From Marsupella aquatica (lineage: Eukaryota; Plantae; Marchantiophyta), in NCBI GenBank assembly GCA_973895155.1, contig OZ316891.1, positions 28,941,611-29,005,610 on the forward strand: a DNA stretch of 64,000 bases. Reading direction: 5' to 3'. Every line of letters starts with the position of its first letter. The first letter of the stretch is position 1. A program made the position numbers and the translations under genes. Of this stretch, positions 1-12,112 are shown one piece after another. The notes beneath the pieces were generated by a model that searched no databases, was not told the DNA's origin, and saw only the letters and a program-made list of their open reading frames with translations.

Positions 1-578
1 TGGGTTGAGGTGAGAAGAAACCCAAAGGCACAGGATTGTCTCCGAGTGCAGGGGAGAGGTCTTATAAGACTCTATCTTGCTAATCTAGGTGACCAATTGG
101 ACCTCAATTCGCTGGACCATTTCTTTCCTTCTTTTATGGCAGAGTGACTTCTTGAGCCTCGCTTGGCATTTAAATGACCCCATTTGAAATTGTGGAGTCC
201 GAATGATTTCCATCAACTGGGAAAGAAGATTCATGGCAGGACGGAACTTTGTTCTATTAATTCCACTTGTCTCAAACAAGTCGAGAGGGGAATCTCAGTT
301 TCACCTCTTGTCTTCAAAGCATTTTAGAGAAACACAAATTATAGATTGAAATGCAAAAATGATACTCCAATGGACCACAATGTAGGTCTTTTGAAGGCCC
401 CATGGACCACATTTCCCCAAATTTGAGTTTAATTGTAATAACTTGAGTTTCATGTATTAAAATATTGTTTACTTTGAGGATGTGCTGGAGGAGAATGTAA
501 GCTACACTTCCATCAAAGTGACATAGTATTTTTGGCCATTTTGGTAGAGTTATCCTTCATGGAATGGGGAGGGGTAAG

Positions 579-755
579 TTCTATTAGATAATTTTCATTG
601 TGTTTATATGAAATACTAGGGTTTAGGTTTGTCTCCTTCTCTAGTTGCCTTGTAGGTGATAAGGATAAATTCTATTAGATAATTTTCATTGTGTTTATAT
701 GAAATATTAGGGCTTATGTTTGTCTCCTTCTCTAGTTACCCCTTGTAGGTGATAA
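579..755. repeat. Direct tandem duplication, 2 x ~91 bp
   Basis: TTCTATTAGATAATTTTCATTGTGTTTATATGAAATA...TTGTAGGTGATAA starts at 579 and again at 670. Confidence 0.85.
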
Positions 756-1199
756 ACAAAAAATTATTTTAAGACTCATAATCATCAAGCTACAAGCACT
801 AAACTCCAAGGACCACCACAATGTAGTTCACAGGAGCATTGTGTCCAACATGGTGGTCCATCTGGGCTTCATTTTCACAGAAACGCATTTGTCTTAAAGC
901 ATTTTAAAATGACACAAAAAGAAAAGGCAATGGACAAAAGCCTAACTGACACTGTTTCCATGTGTGTAGTCAGTATGATCCTTTGTCCTTTTCTTGGAGG
1001 TCTGTCACCTTCCTCCTCATCATTCTAATATTTTCCCTTTCAAATATCCTAAGAGGTAAAGAGGGGCAGGCCAAGGGGGAGAGACTTGGAAAACCCATCA
1101 ATCTTGGGAAAAACCCCCATTCTATTTTTTGATGTCAAAGCTGTAAAAGCAAAACATAAACCTAGGCAATTTTGGTAGGCTTTGGTTCCCTTTAACAAG

Positions 1200-1726
1200 C
1201 ACGGTCACCCACCTCCTTGTCATACTACAAAAATGATAAGCAAATAATTTCCACGGGCACTCATTTTTGGTGTGGGGGTCTTATTTCTGGCAAGTGTGCA
1301 GTAATTCTTCAATTGTTTACAATCAGCTCAAATGGCATGCAGTACTTACTTGATCTAGGGCTTCTTTGTTAGCTTGTTGTACCCCTCGGGACAACAACAA
1401 TTGGAAGTATGTTGTAGCCATGTCATCCATGCCAACGAGGCACCTTAGTTTGCAAATGCTACCTGACCAGTAATCTCGTTTCTAACATCTCAAATCATTC
1501 GTGAATACTAGTCTTACCCTCGGGGGTTTCACTTCCACAAAAATGACACATCACATGCGACAAAGGATATGGTAGTTTTATTGTTTTAAGGAAAGACTTA
1601 AGAATTTTCTAAGAAGAACAATAGGGTCATTTAAAATCCAATTTTGAGACTTATATGTGCATTAGGGTCTTTTTAATCAGAATTAATATTCCAACTTTAT
1701 AGGGGTCAAAAAATTAAAAAATTTCC
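1200..1726 (-). mobile_element. Probable Mutator-like (MULE) remnant: terminal region plus MuDR N-terminal fragment
   Basis: The minus strand reads ...HTKNECPWKLFAY... near 1235-1275, matching the CxWxLxA motif of the MuDR DNA-binding region. 1600-1726 has repeated AGGGTC motifs typical of MULE termini. No partner TIR was found. Confidence 0.4.
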
Positions 1727-1882
1727 TTACATTTTAGGGGGTCCGAGGCCTTAAAACATCGCAGGTGATGGGGAGGCCCCCATAGAGTGAGACCTAATGA
1801 CCAATGAAGGTGTGTGCTTCTGTGGATGTAACTTCATCAGAGGTGAACCACATCTTTGTGTCAACTACTTGTTCTTTGGATA

Positions 1883-2572
1883 TGTTGAGCATAGACGACA
1901 ATGGCAACGGTTAACACATGACACATCCAACGCGCAAGTAGTCGACACAAGATATACGTGGTTCACCTCCTCTAGGCTACGTCCATGGGAACACACAATA
2001 GAGCTTTACTGAACTCTAAGCCCATCGACTAAACCAAGTCTCCATAGCTCTCCTCATCTCTCAAGTGGCTCCGTAACAATGAGCCTAAGTTCCACTTATC
2101 CAAGCAAACACCGCTTGGCATATAGTTTGCATCCTAGTTAACCTAACCACGTCTCCAACTACGGTTAGCCTAACTACGGTTACATGTGGTAACCTTGACC
2201 TTGAGTAAATACCTAAGAGGATAGTCACATATGGATGTAGTATGAGTTGCATCTTGATAAGGATTGCTCTTAGTCTTGTGACTCAAAGGTTACGGCACTT
2301 AGGCTAATCACAGTTAGGGTCTTAGCTGAGGTTAGGTTAGTCGTGTGTGACCTTGTATATACCAGGGCTAGTGTAAGCCGCTGGAGTGTGTTGCTTACTC
2401 ATTGTAACGGAGCAACTTGAGGAAGAGGGAGAGCATGTGTGTTAGTCTACTCTTGAAGTAAAGCTTGAGTGTTCGTGTGGAAGTAGCCTTGGAGAAGAGG
2501 TGAACCACGTAGAGATTGTGTCGACCATGTGTGCATGGAATGAGTCGTTGCGAATGACGTCTTAGTTCAACA
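1883..2572. mobile_element. Two Copia-like LTR copies in head-to-head inverted orientation (fold-back)
   Basis: The plus copy (~2237-2572, ending TTCAACA) has GTAGCC..AGGTGAACCACGTA..TTGTGTCGAC, a motif typical of plant Copia LTR U5 regions. 1883-2228 is its diverged reverse complement (GTCGACACAAGATATACGTGGTTCACCTC at ~1941; CTCAAGTGGCTCCGTAACAATGAG at ~2060 pairs with ~2398-2421). Confidence 0.7.
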
Positions 2573-3599
2573 CATCTTTGCTCAACACCTTGGGTATGGT
2601 GCCCCCTTGTGTGCTACCCTGCAGTGTTGCTCACCCTAAAGACGATGTCTTTTGATGGGTCAATATTTTCTGTGAATATCATCCACCCTCACATCCAACC
2701 CTAATGACAGTGTTGCCTGCTCCGAAGGTGATGTCTACTGACAAGTGGACCTTTTCTAGTTTCAAGGAGAAACAAAAAAGCACAAAATAATTCATCATAT
2801 CATAGACTGCCACTGCCACTGTCCCCAAAGTTGGGGGAGGACAAAATAGTACACTTTTCTACTTTGCTAAAAACACTTTTTACTAGTTATGGCAACCTAG
2901 AGCTACCACAACCAGGTCTTGCTCTTGCTTTTGAAGCAATGACAATTTAACTTTTAACTACTGTAACTTGTGAAAATTTGACGCTGCTGTTATGGTGAAT
3001 CCACCTTTCAAATTTTGTCTTATTTAGATTTTGAGTTGTGTATTTTTATTTTAGTATGTCTTAACAAGGTGCATCATTTGTATTATTTAGATTTTAAATT
3101 TCTTTTGGCACCCCTCTTAATTTTTAAGTTTTCTATTCTAGAGATCTACTTTCACACTGATTCTATATTTCAATAGTGTGAATCCAATCCCCTTCAATGA
3201 ATTTCTACCACTTAAGAGAAGTTTTATCTCTTCTCATGAGGAAGAGAAATGATTAGAGAGAGTGTGCAACCTTGTGTGTAACTAAGTTCCCCTCATGGTT
3301 TTCTTTAATGTAGTATGGTTTTGATTGAATTAAGTGTCACTACCTAAGGCAAGTGAGAATATGTACCTTATGTGCACAACTCTTTGTTACCTTTGTACCC
3401 TACACTTTACTTTTTCTGGTCATTGTGTGTTTTTCTTGGCGTGTGTCGTCCTCTACTCTTGTAATTAATCACACTCACTCTTAACAAATACTAATTTCTT
3501 TGCATGTAATGTATTTCTACTATTGGATATTATCCTAAAGTAATTTGATCATTACACATTCACTATAGAAAAAAAAAATCATGTTCCAGGATGAACATG

Positions 3600-4120
3600 C
3601 TCTACTCTTTTGCTCTTAGTAGAGTTTTTTGGTGCATTGCACCCTACGTTCGACCAGTTCCTTGGGCTTGTGCGGTTTGTTATATTGAGTGGAGGCCTTA
3701 TCCCCTTGTCTCTGTCCTCACTGCCTTCTTTCAACCGAGGTGTCCGTGGCACTTCTAAGGGCTCCGGCATCACTATGCTTTATAGAGCTGAGGTAATTGG
3801 TTTTAGTGAGACTGGACAGATTTCACTTTGTGACACTCCCATGTGGGTTTACTACAGAATTTTGCCAGGTTTTTCAGTTCTATGCCCAAGAGGGTGTTAG
3901 TTTTCTAGGCCACTTAGTAGAATCTTTTGGTTGGCTGTTTCCTTTGGTTGTGGGGGACTCAGTGGCTTGTTGGGCTTATGGGTCTTCTATGGGCTTTTCC
4001 CCCTCCCTTTTCCTTTTAATTATTGCTTTGCTTTCGTTTGGGACCCTCTCTCCCTATTTGGCATTTTTGTTCTTTTGCATTGTAACATATATTTACTATA
4101 TGGTAAGTTTGTTCGTATGA
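3600..4120 (+). mobile_element. 3' remnant of a CRE-like RLE non-LTR retrotransposon
   Basis: LLVEFFGALHPTFDQFL followed, after a frameshift, by EVSVALLRAPA aligns with FVVEIFGHLHHQFDGLL...RISVTLRHAQA of the element at 58560-59610. A T-rich 3' tail follows. Confidence 0.6.
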
Positions 4121-4597
4121 GTAGACCTATTCGTAAAGTCAAGGAGTGTTGCATTGGTGTGCTTCAAAGGCTTCCAAAGTGGTTGCGAAAAACTATTGCA
4201 ATGTTTTTTGAATTTGTCTAGTGCTGCTGTTTGATTGTGGGGACAGGAAGATTGCATCACTCTAGCGTGGGTAAGCTATCATGGTTAAGATACTTTTTGT
4301 CAGAAATTTCAAACTCACACATTCAAAAGTTTACAGACTTTAGCTTTTGTCAGAAATTTCAAAGACTTACTCAATAAGGTTCACAGAATTCACGAATAGG
4401 TCTAGATGGCAAACATGTTTTTTGTGTGCTAAAATTGAATGTGTCACCCTCATTCAATTTTGTGTCCAGGGTGGTTCAAGGTACCTGTGGTACTCTGCCA
4501 AAGCATCTATCATCACAGAACAATTTGGTGGCAGACTAGATTCTCATATTTGTGTGATTCTTCTCCAGCCAGACTCTGGAATTGCAACTATACTACA

Positions 4598-4750
4598 CTG
4601 TATGCCAGAGCTTTGCTCATAAATAATGCAATTTCAAGTGGCTCTAGGATTCCAAGAGTACTAGCCTGTATGCCACAGCTTTGCTTATAAAAAATGGAAT
4701 TTCAAGTGTACTAGCCTGAAGCCAGAGCTTTAATTTGCTCATAAATAGAT
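4598..4750. repeat. Degenerate tandem repeat, ~3 copies
   Basis: TGTATGCCA(G/C)AGCTTTGCT(C/T)ATAAA..ATG.AATTTCAAGTG recurs at ~4599 and ~4667, and partly at ~4717. Confidence 0.7.
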
Positions 4751-7700
4751 GGCTAGTACCTGCCTTTTTTGTGGTGAAAATTAGCTAGATTTTTGTTCTT
4801 TTACTATCTAGTTTCCCACCTAGCCACACACACCCCACTTGCCAGAATCTAGTGGCTAGCTATCTGGGTAAATCAGATCAGATCTTCACACAAGGTGACA
4901 TTAAAAACCTTAAAAATCATTCCCGTGAGTACCATCGTTCCACCGAGGAACCTAGATGTGCCCAAGAGCCCACCCTCCAGAAAGTGGGCCTTACTCTTGT
5001 CTTACGTAGATAAGCGTGACATAAAATTTAATTTTGGGTGACATTTCAAGTAGAGAAGTTGGACTTTGTTTGTGGGAGGATTTGTCTCATTTCTCGAACT
5101 TAACGCATGATTGAGCTTCAAGCCCACGATTGACAAAATCAATGGAAGCCCAGAAGGAGCATATGGAGCCCAGAAAGCAGTCACTCGGATCAATGTTCTG
5201 ATTAAATGCTTGGCTAAAGTAATCGTTTCCACCACACTGTTGTCCACTTCAGCTCCATTGCTGGACGAGTTTACTAATAGCGTTTAAGACCCAACTCTGT
5301 AGCATGTTGCAGGTCTGCGAGGCGCCCTGAGTCCGAGCTACACATCCGATTGGCCGTCACAATTATGCAGACCACAGCTATGGGGTCAGCAAGCTACTGG
5401 AAAGTCTCTAGCAATGGCTGCCAGTGTCATGATTGAGAAATGGCATGATTGAGGAATGAGCAACCTAAATTGTTCGGTCGAATAATTATGTACTGCGTAT
5501 ATGTTTTTAGACAAACAATCGAAGGTCAGACCTGACAAATGAGAGTTCTGTTGATTGTATTTATAAGCAAGGTCGACGGGGTAGATTAGCATTTGGAATC
5601 TGAGCGCTCTCCAAGTTAAGGAACCAGCACGGCATTCAGTGTAACTATTTACCCCGCTATTTTCAATACATATGAATCTGGCCAACAGCCTGCACTGCTC
5701 GAGCTACCGATGATGGATGGATGGATTGGAGGACTGGAGGCGGCGACAGAGACAACTGACCAATGATCACGATGTCGGGGTAGACTTTCATGTACTTCGC
5801 AACTTTATGATCAGCACCAAAACGCACCTTACATCGAACGAACGAATGAACGACCGACCGATGTAGATCTGCTTTTTCGCACAATGGCTGCATGATGGCT
5901 TGCTCGTCTGGATCATTTGTTACAAGGTCCGAATCATGTATGGACTGTGTTGGCAGCTACTGTAGAAACTGCGTGCATCAGATAGCTGCCAGTGATGAAT
6001 GTCGAGTACAATCTGATGAAAAATGCTATTCTAGAAGGATCGTACCTTTTGCTCCTTAGTACGTACTCTCACAGCTAGCATTGGAGTACACAACTTGCAC
6101 GCGAGGCACGGAATGATGGCTGGTGCCTGGTTGCTTTTTTTGTTTTTTTGTCTGAACGGAACTTCAACCTTCTTTACTGTTCACGAGCGCCAGGATGCTT
6201 TTGTGCTGAACTAAAAGTGATTAGATAGTATGTTACAGGAAGCACGATGGTATTCCAGGAATCAGGAGCATGCCAAGAATTGGATGGACACCTACCGTCA
6301 GTAGCAGTGCTTTCGAACGGAGGTCGCATAAAGTCGGGCCGTGAATTGCACGTGATTGGAACCCTGGAAAGCCCAATTCTGCTTCGAGGCAACACGAGCA
6401 AGACTCATTTAGTAGTGGTCACAGAAATTGCATGACGCGGGGAACAATCGCTGCAATTGAGTGCTCGCTAGCGGGCAATAATCAACGATCAGACAAATTA
6501 TGTAGACTTTAGACGTGCCAGAGAATTGACATGGGCAGATCGATCACAATTTAAGATCATTGCAAAGCTTTACTAAGGTGAAAAGATCCCCTCGATCGCA
6601 CCGTCGTCTTAGCACTAACAATCTCCCATTCATTTGGTGTGGTCGGCAGTCACTCGATCTTCTCTGTACGTGTCTCTGGCTAGGTTTATATACAGGGTAA
6701 TTAATGGTCTATCAGACTTGGTCGAACATCTTGCGCTTTCATATCTGTGTGTTCACCTATGGAAGAAAATTGAACATTGTAGTCACTGATACTCAGAAGG
6801 AAAAGGGCGAGTTACTCCCGATTCATGTGCAATTACACAATAGTTTACAGTAGACAGATAGTGTAGTCGTAAAGTAACAGGCGAACGGATCGAGGAGGAG
6901 GATGGATTTGAACCCGTGTAACATAATTTCTGTTCGATGGAGCTGAAGTGACGCAACAGAGAAAATCCTAGTCAGCAGTACTTACTGCTTCGTGATTATA
7001 AGTATCAGCGGAATCAGTTTCTCCCAAGGAACGCTGTGAAGTTCTAAGGTAAAGTTACACAGGTCCCTCCTTATCATTGATGGACTACCAATTGCAGTTT
7101 TATGTTCATGATGTCATAATTGAGATAGTTTTGACCCAGCTACAGCAAATTTGTTAAAGCCCACAATTTCTGGAAGTCTTTATTTCCGTTCCCCTGCAAA
7201 TCCGATTGACCGAAGGACGTGTGGCTAAATCTGATGCGTGATGGACTAGGATCGAACTTTAAGCATAAAATACTTTCCCTGCCTAAAATCGATTGAGGGC
7301 TGGACAGCTGGAAGATAGACCTTCACGTCTGGCACAGCAGATGCGAACTTGCTAAATTCTATTTTGACCCTGCGCATGGTCCTCGGCATTGTGCGTCTTC
7401 CTTGCGAGACCCCTCATATCAGAAGTGCACTTGTCTTGATGTAACAGCCACAGTGACCCCTGTCGGAGTGCATGTGTTCGAGATAAAATGGTCTGCCACC
7501 ATGCAGAGTCTAGAGATAAAGATCGAATCCTTCCACCCCGTGATAAATTAGCGCTGTCCTGTTTCAGCATGATGGCGTGCACTTCATTCCGTCACATGCA
7601 AGAGCAATGATGTCCAAAAAGAAGAATTGCAATTAATTTACTGTGCAACGCTAATCCTGTGCACGCACGCAAATGCAAGTCGCACCACTTTGGGGCTCGA

Positions 7701-10700
7701 TGCTGCTCCTAAACGTCAGTCCGGTGTGATGACAGTTCGCATTAATAACAGACTCTCGATTTTGCTGAGGCTCAACAGAATGATGCGAAGCAAAGATCGC
7801 GAACTCTGAGGTTTTGGCCTTGCCCATGAGTCAACGTTGAAGGGATCTTGCAAAACAATGAACAATCACTTCCCCGGAGTACCTGTCCGTGGTTCATAAA
7901 GATATAAAGTTATAAACCACCCTCTCAAGTCAGGAACGCGCCGAAGGTATGTGTATGCTTTTTAGATTTTTTTGAATTGCTCGATGCTCACTTTTCCGGT
8001 TAGCACGAGACGTATATCGGAGTTTTCGTGAAAAGTGCTTTCGAAGCGAATTTACTCAAAGATGCATTAATCGCAAGCGCTCTGAGTGCCGACAAGTCAG
8101 CACTTAGGTGACATGTGGGTCCCGTGCTTATTAATTAGGCCGATCCTCCATTTCCCTTGTCTTTCGAGTCTTGTACTGGAGCGTAACGTTTCTGTGTTGA
8201 GTGTTGACACCACCTCCTCAGACCTAAGGTTATTTCGGGCTGTACTTCGAACTCATAGGTCTAGTCGATTTTAATAGGTAGCATTAATATCTGACAAGCA
8301 TCTCCAGTTCACCATCAGGTCGCTCACCACCGGATCACTAGCTGACAGTAGAGTCTGGCTCTTCGTTTTTTCTTGTAAGAGATTAGCATTCACACTGCCC
8401 AAGGGCAAAAAAACGCCGAACCGGGAGACATGATCCCAATGGCAAAGCAACCCAATGAAGGGAAGGAAAAAGGGGGAAGGGCCCCAAGAAAAACAAGCCA
8501 AGGGGACCCCAACCAACAGACAACGAAGAAGCAGGGGCCAGGAGATTAACTAGTGGCTAGCTCAGATTTCATTAGTTCTTTCATTCGTTCCGAGCTGCTC
8601 AGCGGCCAGTTTGTATCGAGCTGCTACAGTAATGCAGAGCACCAAGCTTCATGCAAATCATTGCCTTCGAGTTTTGGACTTTAGTACGAGAGGAGGTCCC
8701 CACTTCCCATCCGTATATATGAACAGTACAACATTCTGGATCAAGGAATGCAGGATTAATTTATTGAGCAACCATCCGAGCAATCAACTGGTTGGTCTTG
8801 CTTGCAGGTAGACCTCTGCCAAGTCATCGACAAACATAACGGTCATAATTATCGATAAGTTTCCAGTATGAAGTTGGCTATTGAGGATCTACACCGCCGC
8901 TCTAAGAAATTGAATGTCGCTTTTATTGCCCGTTGAATGTGGTGAAAGCCTTCGCAGTTCGGATTATATTCGACGGAGGCAAGTAACTCAACTGTCGAAG
9001 CTAAGGGCCGTTGGATTGTACTGAGGTGGTGCCTTACCTACCAATTCCCCTCAAGGACTCTTGATTACAGTATCTGTAATTCTGTACCTCATCAAGAGCA
9101 GTTCATAGATGGTTTCGCAACTCACTTGCAGTCAAACTTGCGAAGAATGTTTTGGTCGAGCCGCACGTCGTGCAGAGCTGTTCCATTTGATGACAGAAGT
9201 TAGGTGACTAGTACAAGGTCGGGACGATTTGCTCTAGGACGTTTCATCAACAAACTATTTTGCATTCCATCTCGGGTCAACATTCTTGCAGCCAACGCTG
9301 TTCGAGCCATCCATCTTCGTTCTACGAGTCGAACAGATCGATGGACTCAATGGTGGTGGAGGAAGGGACCCTTCAGATGCCGGAAGAACTTTGCCTACTA
9401 CCGGCCACTCTCCTCGTTGCAGAAAGAAGGAGCAATTTTGCGAATCGTCAGCACGGTTTTAAGTTGCGAAAATGTGTGACCAACATTTGTGAGGCTGCTC
9501 CGGTACATTTCAAGTCCTTCATCAGGAAAAAGTCTGGCAAGAATTTGAAGGTAAGAAAACAAACTATCCTGCGTGTATATATATATGCCGTTTACCCCTG
9601 CCACAACCCAACAAATGACGGATAGGGGGAGACAATGGTGACAAAAAAGTTAGTTTTAACTAGTCCTATAGGGGTTGTACTGGCACTATTTCGAGAAATG
9701 GAACGAGCATGAAACTGGTGACACGAGCAGGCCATGAGCAATTTAAGAATGAGCTGGAATCTGAACTTACCGAAAGTGTGAGACAACAAATTAAAGAGGT
9801 CAAAATGGCATGTTCATCTCGTAGACTGTTGACGATAGGCATGAACTAGACAGTCGTAGGGATCAGACTCACTTCTGTAGTCTCCGTTGTACCTGAAGAC
9901 GGTGAGTAGTGATTGTCTGACAATCGGACCCACTGGGCTTTTATACCAGAGAGGAAAGCTTCAAAGGAGCGACGCGGTGAGCCCGTTTCAAGATTGAGAA
10001 AAGAAGAAGTATATAGCCTCAAATCGGTCGTATTCTAGTCACAGTCTCCTTGCATTCACGGTTTCCTTCGAATACCATCGTCTGCAAGAAAGTATTTGAC
10101 AGCCTTGTTACTAACTAGGCCGAGCATGTTTTGGTCAGTTTGCAGAGTTAACGACCTCGCAAAGGTTGGGAAGGTCAGGATCGGCGCGCTCAGCAGATGG
10201 CAATGTTTATGATATATCCACTTTAACGCGAAGATCGAAGATTCTCTACTACGCGAGCTAGCTGGAGAGCAGTGCCTAAGAGTACTTCAACGTGCCTTGG
10301 CGTCTTCGTTTGGATGTAAATAGTTCACCAGAGATAGCTCTGGGCTCAGATAATTGGACTTCTTCTGATGTCCCCCAGACGAGTGCAGTGTTTCTGTGCA
10401 GTGTTTCAGTTTGGCTGATCGATGCGCCATCCAGGAATCCCAAACGGTGCTTCGTTTCCTCTCTCACCAATTTTTCATAATAAAAAATTATGGCGCTTAA
10501 GTGAATGGCTTTCGTCAGTGTCGGAATTCGAGCGAGGAAACATAATGAGCAACCCAGCTTTAGATTGGATTGAATACTTCATGTTCATGTCTTTTCTAGG
10601 CTTCATGTAGACAGTATTGGATTGAATACTTCATGTTAAGGTTGAGGATGGTCACGATCATCCTGGGCTTAAGATCCGGACGGTAGCTAGTTCATCAAAC

Positions 10701-11875
10701 TTGTTACTACCATGAGTTGTCGCAATTGATTTCCTGAATTAACTCGCAGAGTGCTAATACTTCCCATATTATATTCCCGGTATACTCACCATCGGGCTCA
10801 CCATATTTGAATTAAATGTCCGAGTATTATGTCGAATCGTTGAGACCGAGGTTGAGGATCGCAAACATCTGGCTCAATTATGGTATGCTAGATAGGCGTG
10901 GAATTGGGGAGCTCCTCCAGTAGATGGGGATGTGAAGGATTAGTTGGATCCCGCTGCTGATTATAAAGATAGGCCCATGTGACAACTGTTCTGTGTGTCT
11001 TTGTGACATTTACATAACCGTTCTTTGTTTGGAGACTTTGTCAAGCATTGTACAGTAATGGAAAAAGGGACCTGGCTTCCATCGATCCAAGTTCCGAGTC
11101 AAAGGGGTTTCAATTGATTTGTGGCAGCTTGTGAGGTTCTTTGCGTTTAGGGTTGATTTTTGGAGGTTGTGTTAGTAGAACATGATTTCTAGACTCCTAA
11201 AGACTAGTACGCAAATTGCCGTTGTTTCTCTTCACGAAATTCCACCGCAGACATATATATGTCTCCTGACAATTCAATTGACCTTTATATTGTTTGTCAC
11301 ATTTTCAAAGCCTTCCTTACGCCTGCATGTAAATTCAACTCTTACTTTATTAATTAGGAACAAGCCATATTAATACATATCAAAGACATCCTGCGAATTT
11401 ATACATGTTCAACCAAAATGTCCTGTTTTGGTTCATCTTCAAGGGTTCTGTGGAGAAAGGATTTTGAAGGAGAAGAAAAGTTTTGACTTGATGAGATCTA
11501 AAGTAGTTCCATGGGCAACTTCTACTATTCATATTCTTTATTTTCTGTCAATCACAGATTGAAATTCGATAGAAAAAGAGAGCAAACAACCAACGCGAAG
11601 GTTTGACCTGGAAGGTGCGGGTTTCGAATGATTCCTTGCCGGGAATGTCTCTGAATGATTCAAATAAAACCGGTCCAGGAGTTTAGTGTTCTTGTTTCCA
11701 GCAGTTCTAATGGTCCAGTTCAAGAGTCCTTTGACAGCAAAGTTCTACTGGGTGGGCGGGCTCTCGTCCTGGGTCCCCAGGTGCTTGACATTAAGTTTAG
11801 TGGGCATGCCAATGAAGCAGCAATCCTTTGAAAGGCGTGTTCTGCTCTCGGCAAACATGTTCCAAAAACTTATAG

Positions 11876-12112
11876 GGTATAAGTTACTTTTGTTCCAGGC
11901 AAAACTTCTTCGTGTGTACTGTAACTTCCAACAATGAAGCACATTTCTAGAAGTGGTATAAGTTACTTTTGTTCAAGGCAAAAATTCTTCGTGTGTACTG
12001 TAACTTCCAACAATGAAGCGCATTTCTAGAAGTGGTATAAGTTACTTTTGTTCCAGGCAAAAATTCTTCGTGTGTACTGTAACTTCCAACAATGAAGCAC
12101 ATTTCTAGAAGT
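11876..12112. repeat. Young tandem repeat, 3 x 79 bp
   Basis: GGTATAAGTTACTTTTGTTCCAGGCAAAA.TTCTTCGTGTGTACTGTAACTTCCAACAATGAAGCACATTTCTAGAAGT starts at 11876, 11955 and 12034, with only a few mismatches and no spacers. Confidence 0.95.

Noticed and set aside
5990-6020. C/D-box-like GTGATGA...CTGATGA
   Set aside because: No terminal stem, no properly spaced D box and no recognisable rRNA guide.
6895-6915. Reverse tRNA B-box-like GGATTTGAACCC
   Set aside because: No A box or cloverleaf could be built around it.
11876-12112. CRISPR-like appearance of regular repeats
   Set aside because: The units are contiguous 79-bp copies without unique spacers, there are no cas genes, and the context is eukaryotic.
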